DNA of 64,000 nucleotides from positions 31,246-95,245 of the forward strand of contig NIVC01001695.1 in assembly GCA_002269645.1 (NCBI GenBank). The letters are read 5' to 3'. This stretch comes from Macrostomum lignano (Eukaryota). Below, piece after piece: positions 62,831-64,000 of this stretch. Positions within the stretch are counted from its first letter, which is position 1, and each line of letters starts with the position of its first letter. Under the pieces are notes generated by a model. The model was not told the DNA's origin. It did no database searches and saw nothing but the letters and a program-made list of their open reading frames with translations. The translations under genes and the position numbers were made by a program.

Positions 62831-64000
62831 ATGATCAAAAAACCTTCTAAACTTCTTTTCTCCTTTCTTTTCCTTGACTGACAATATTGCTTTCTCTTCC
62901 TTTCTTTCTCTTCTTTTTCTTTCCTTCTTTTCTAGCTTTTGCTCTCTCTCTGCATTGCGACACTTTACGTGACTATAATGAACTTTTATTTTCCGTTTTA
63001 TCAACAAAAGCTACAAAAATTTCTCTCTTTTCCCTCTTTACATTGCAGAGCTCACACGCTAAAACAATATTTTGTGTATCTATTGCTTTTCTCCTTTTTC
63101 CTTTCTCTTATGGATCCATTTCCGCAACCAGTGGATATCCGACCACAGTTAAATCATGATCTTATTTGCCTCGCAACCGTTGTTGCTTGGTTCACTGAAG
63201 CAATATTTTATTCTGAAACTATTGGTGAACCCAACGGCTACGCATGGCCTCCGCTTTCTTCTCTCGTTTTTATGTTATCCGCTGCCATCGCTTTTATCCT
63301 AAGATGCTCCGCGTTTACGAATTAGTCTATTTGGTATGCTGCGTCGTACTCACTCACGACCACGTATACAGAACTTTTCTCCCACTATGAATGATGTTCT
63401 CAGCCGCAGCTTCGTACCAATCTACATTTTCTTTTTCTCCTAATATGTCTATCGACGATTTCTTTCAACTCTCTGCTTCTACTCTCCCTCAATCATGCCT
63501 GCGCTTTAACCAAGACACTTGGCCTTTGTTGCTTTCCTCTCTGCGCTACCCATGGCAACAATTCCGCCATGATGCTGCTAATCTTTCGGCGCAACAGTTA
63601 ACTTCTACGCTCCAAAACTATTTAACCTCCTTCGATTCTCTCGCCCCTTATGTTTATCAAATTTTTCCTCCATTTTCTCCTCGTGCTACTAAGAGCTATG
63701 ATACGCACGCTCAATCGTTTGTATCCGCACAATTTTTTCTTTACCCACGCTGTTTTCATTCTCTCAACGCGTTCAAGAAACTTTGCTTTTATAATTATCG
63801 ATTTTTATTCTCGCTCGGTAGTTGCCCATACTATCTTCCCTTTCTCTTGTCCTCCGCTTCGTCGATATTTATACGATATTCACCGTATACGAAATGCTCT
63901 TGTTGGCTACCCTAACACCTTGCCAGAGTATGCCGCTCTTCATACCTTCTCCATCAAGCGTATTCAGCATTCTCCTCCTTCTGATCTTAATATTAATTTT

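Larger units (their letters stand above)
51294..64000 (+). mobile_element. Ty3/Gypsy-type LTR retrotransposon with env-like domain; 3' LTR beyond the window
   Basis: 5' LTR, PBS, Gag(2xCCHC)-Env-PR-RT-RNaseH-IN with Gypsy RT-RH-IN order. Confidence 0.92.

Overview
Animal nuclear DNA. GC-rich spliced exons, poly-Q/A tracts and dense micro/minisatellites suggest a Macrostomum-like flatworm, but the species is an inference. Host genes are a glutaminase-like gene lacking its catalytic SxxK motif, an inward-rectifier K+ channel, a very divergent hexokinase-like gene and a few weaker fragments. Three large mobile elements are present. (1) A complete 18,090-bp Polinton/Maverick (adintovirus-like), 5682-23771, with 6-bp TSD GTTGTG, ~330-bp TIRs that each fold into a long hairpin, pPolB, PLA2-integrase, packaging ATPase, major and minor capsid, adenain protease, fibre and core proteins; it is mildly decayed. 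(2) A full-length R1/Loa-like LINE with RNase H inserted in a minisatellite. (3) A Ty3/Gypsy-type LTR element whose class-III-like Env is embedded in frame between Gag and protease. The main discovery is an ORF-less 306-nt group I intron of IC1 (Tetrahymena-like) architecture at 8029-8334 (minus strand). It splits the Polinton PLA2-integrase gene inside the PLA2 calcium loop, ends in A instead of the canonical omega-G, and lies ~130 nt from a free-standing HNH endonuclease gene. Together these form a candidate ribozyme plus collaborative-homing system in an endogenous DNA virus of an animal nuclear genome. All structures were folded and aligned by eye; no computation or database search was run.
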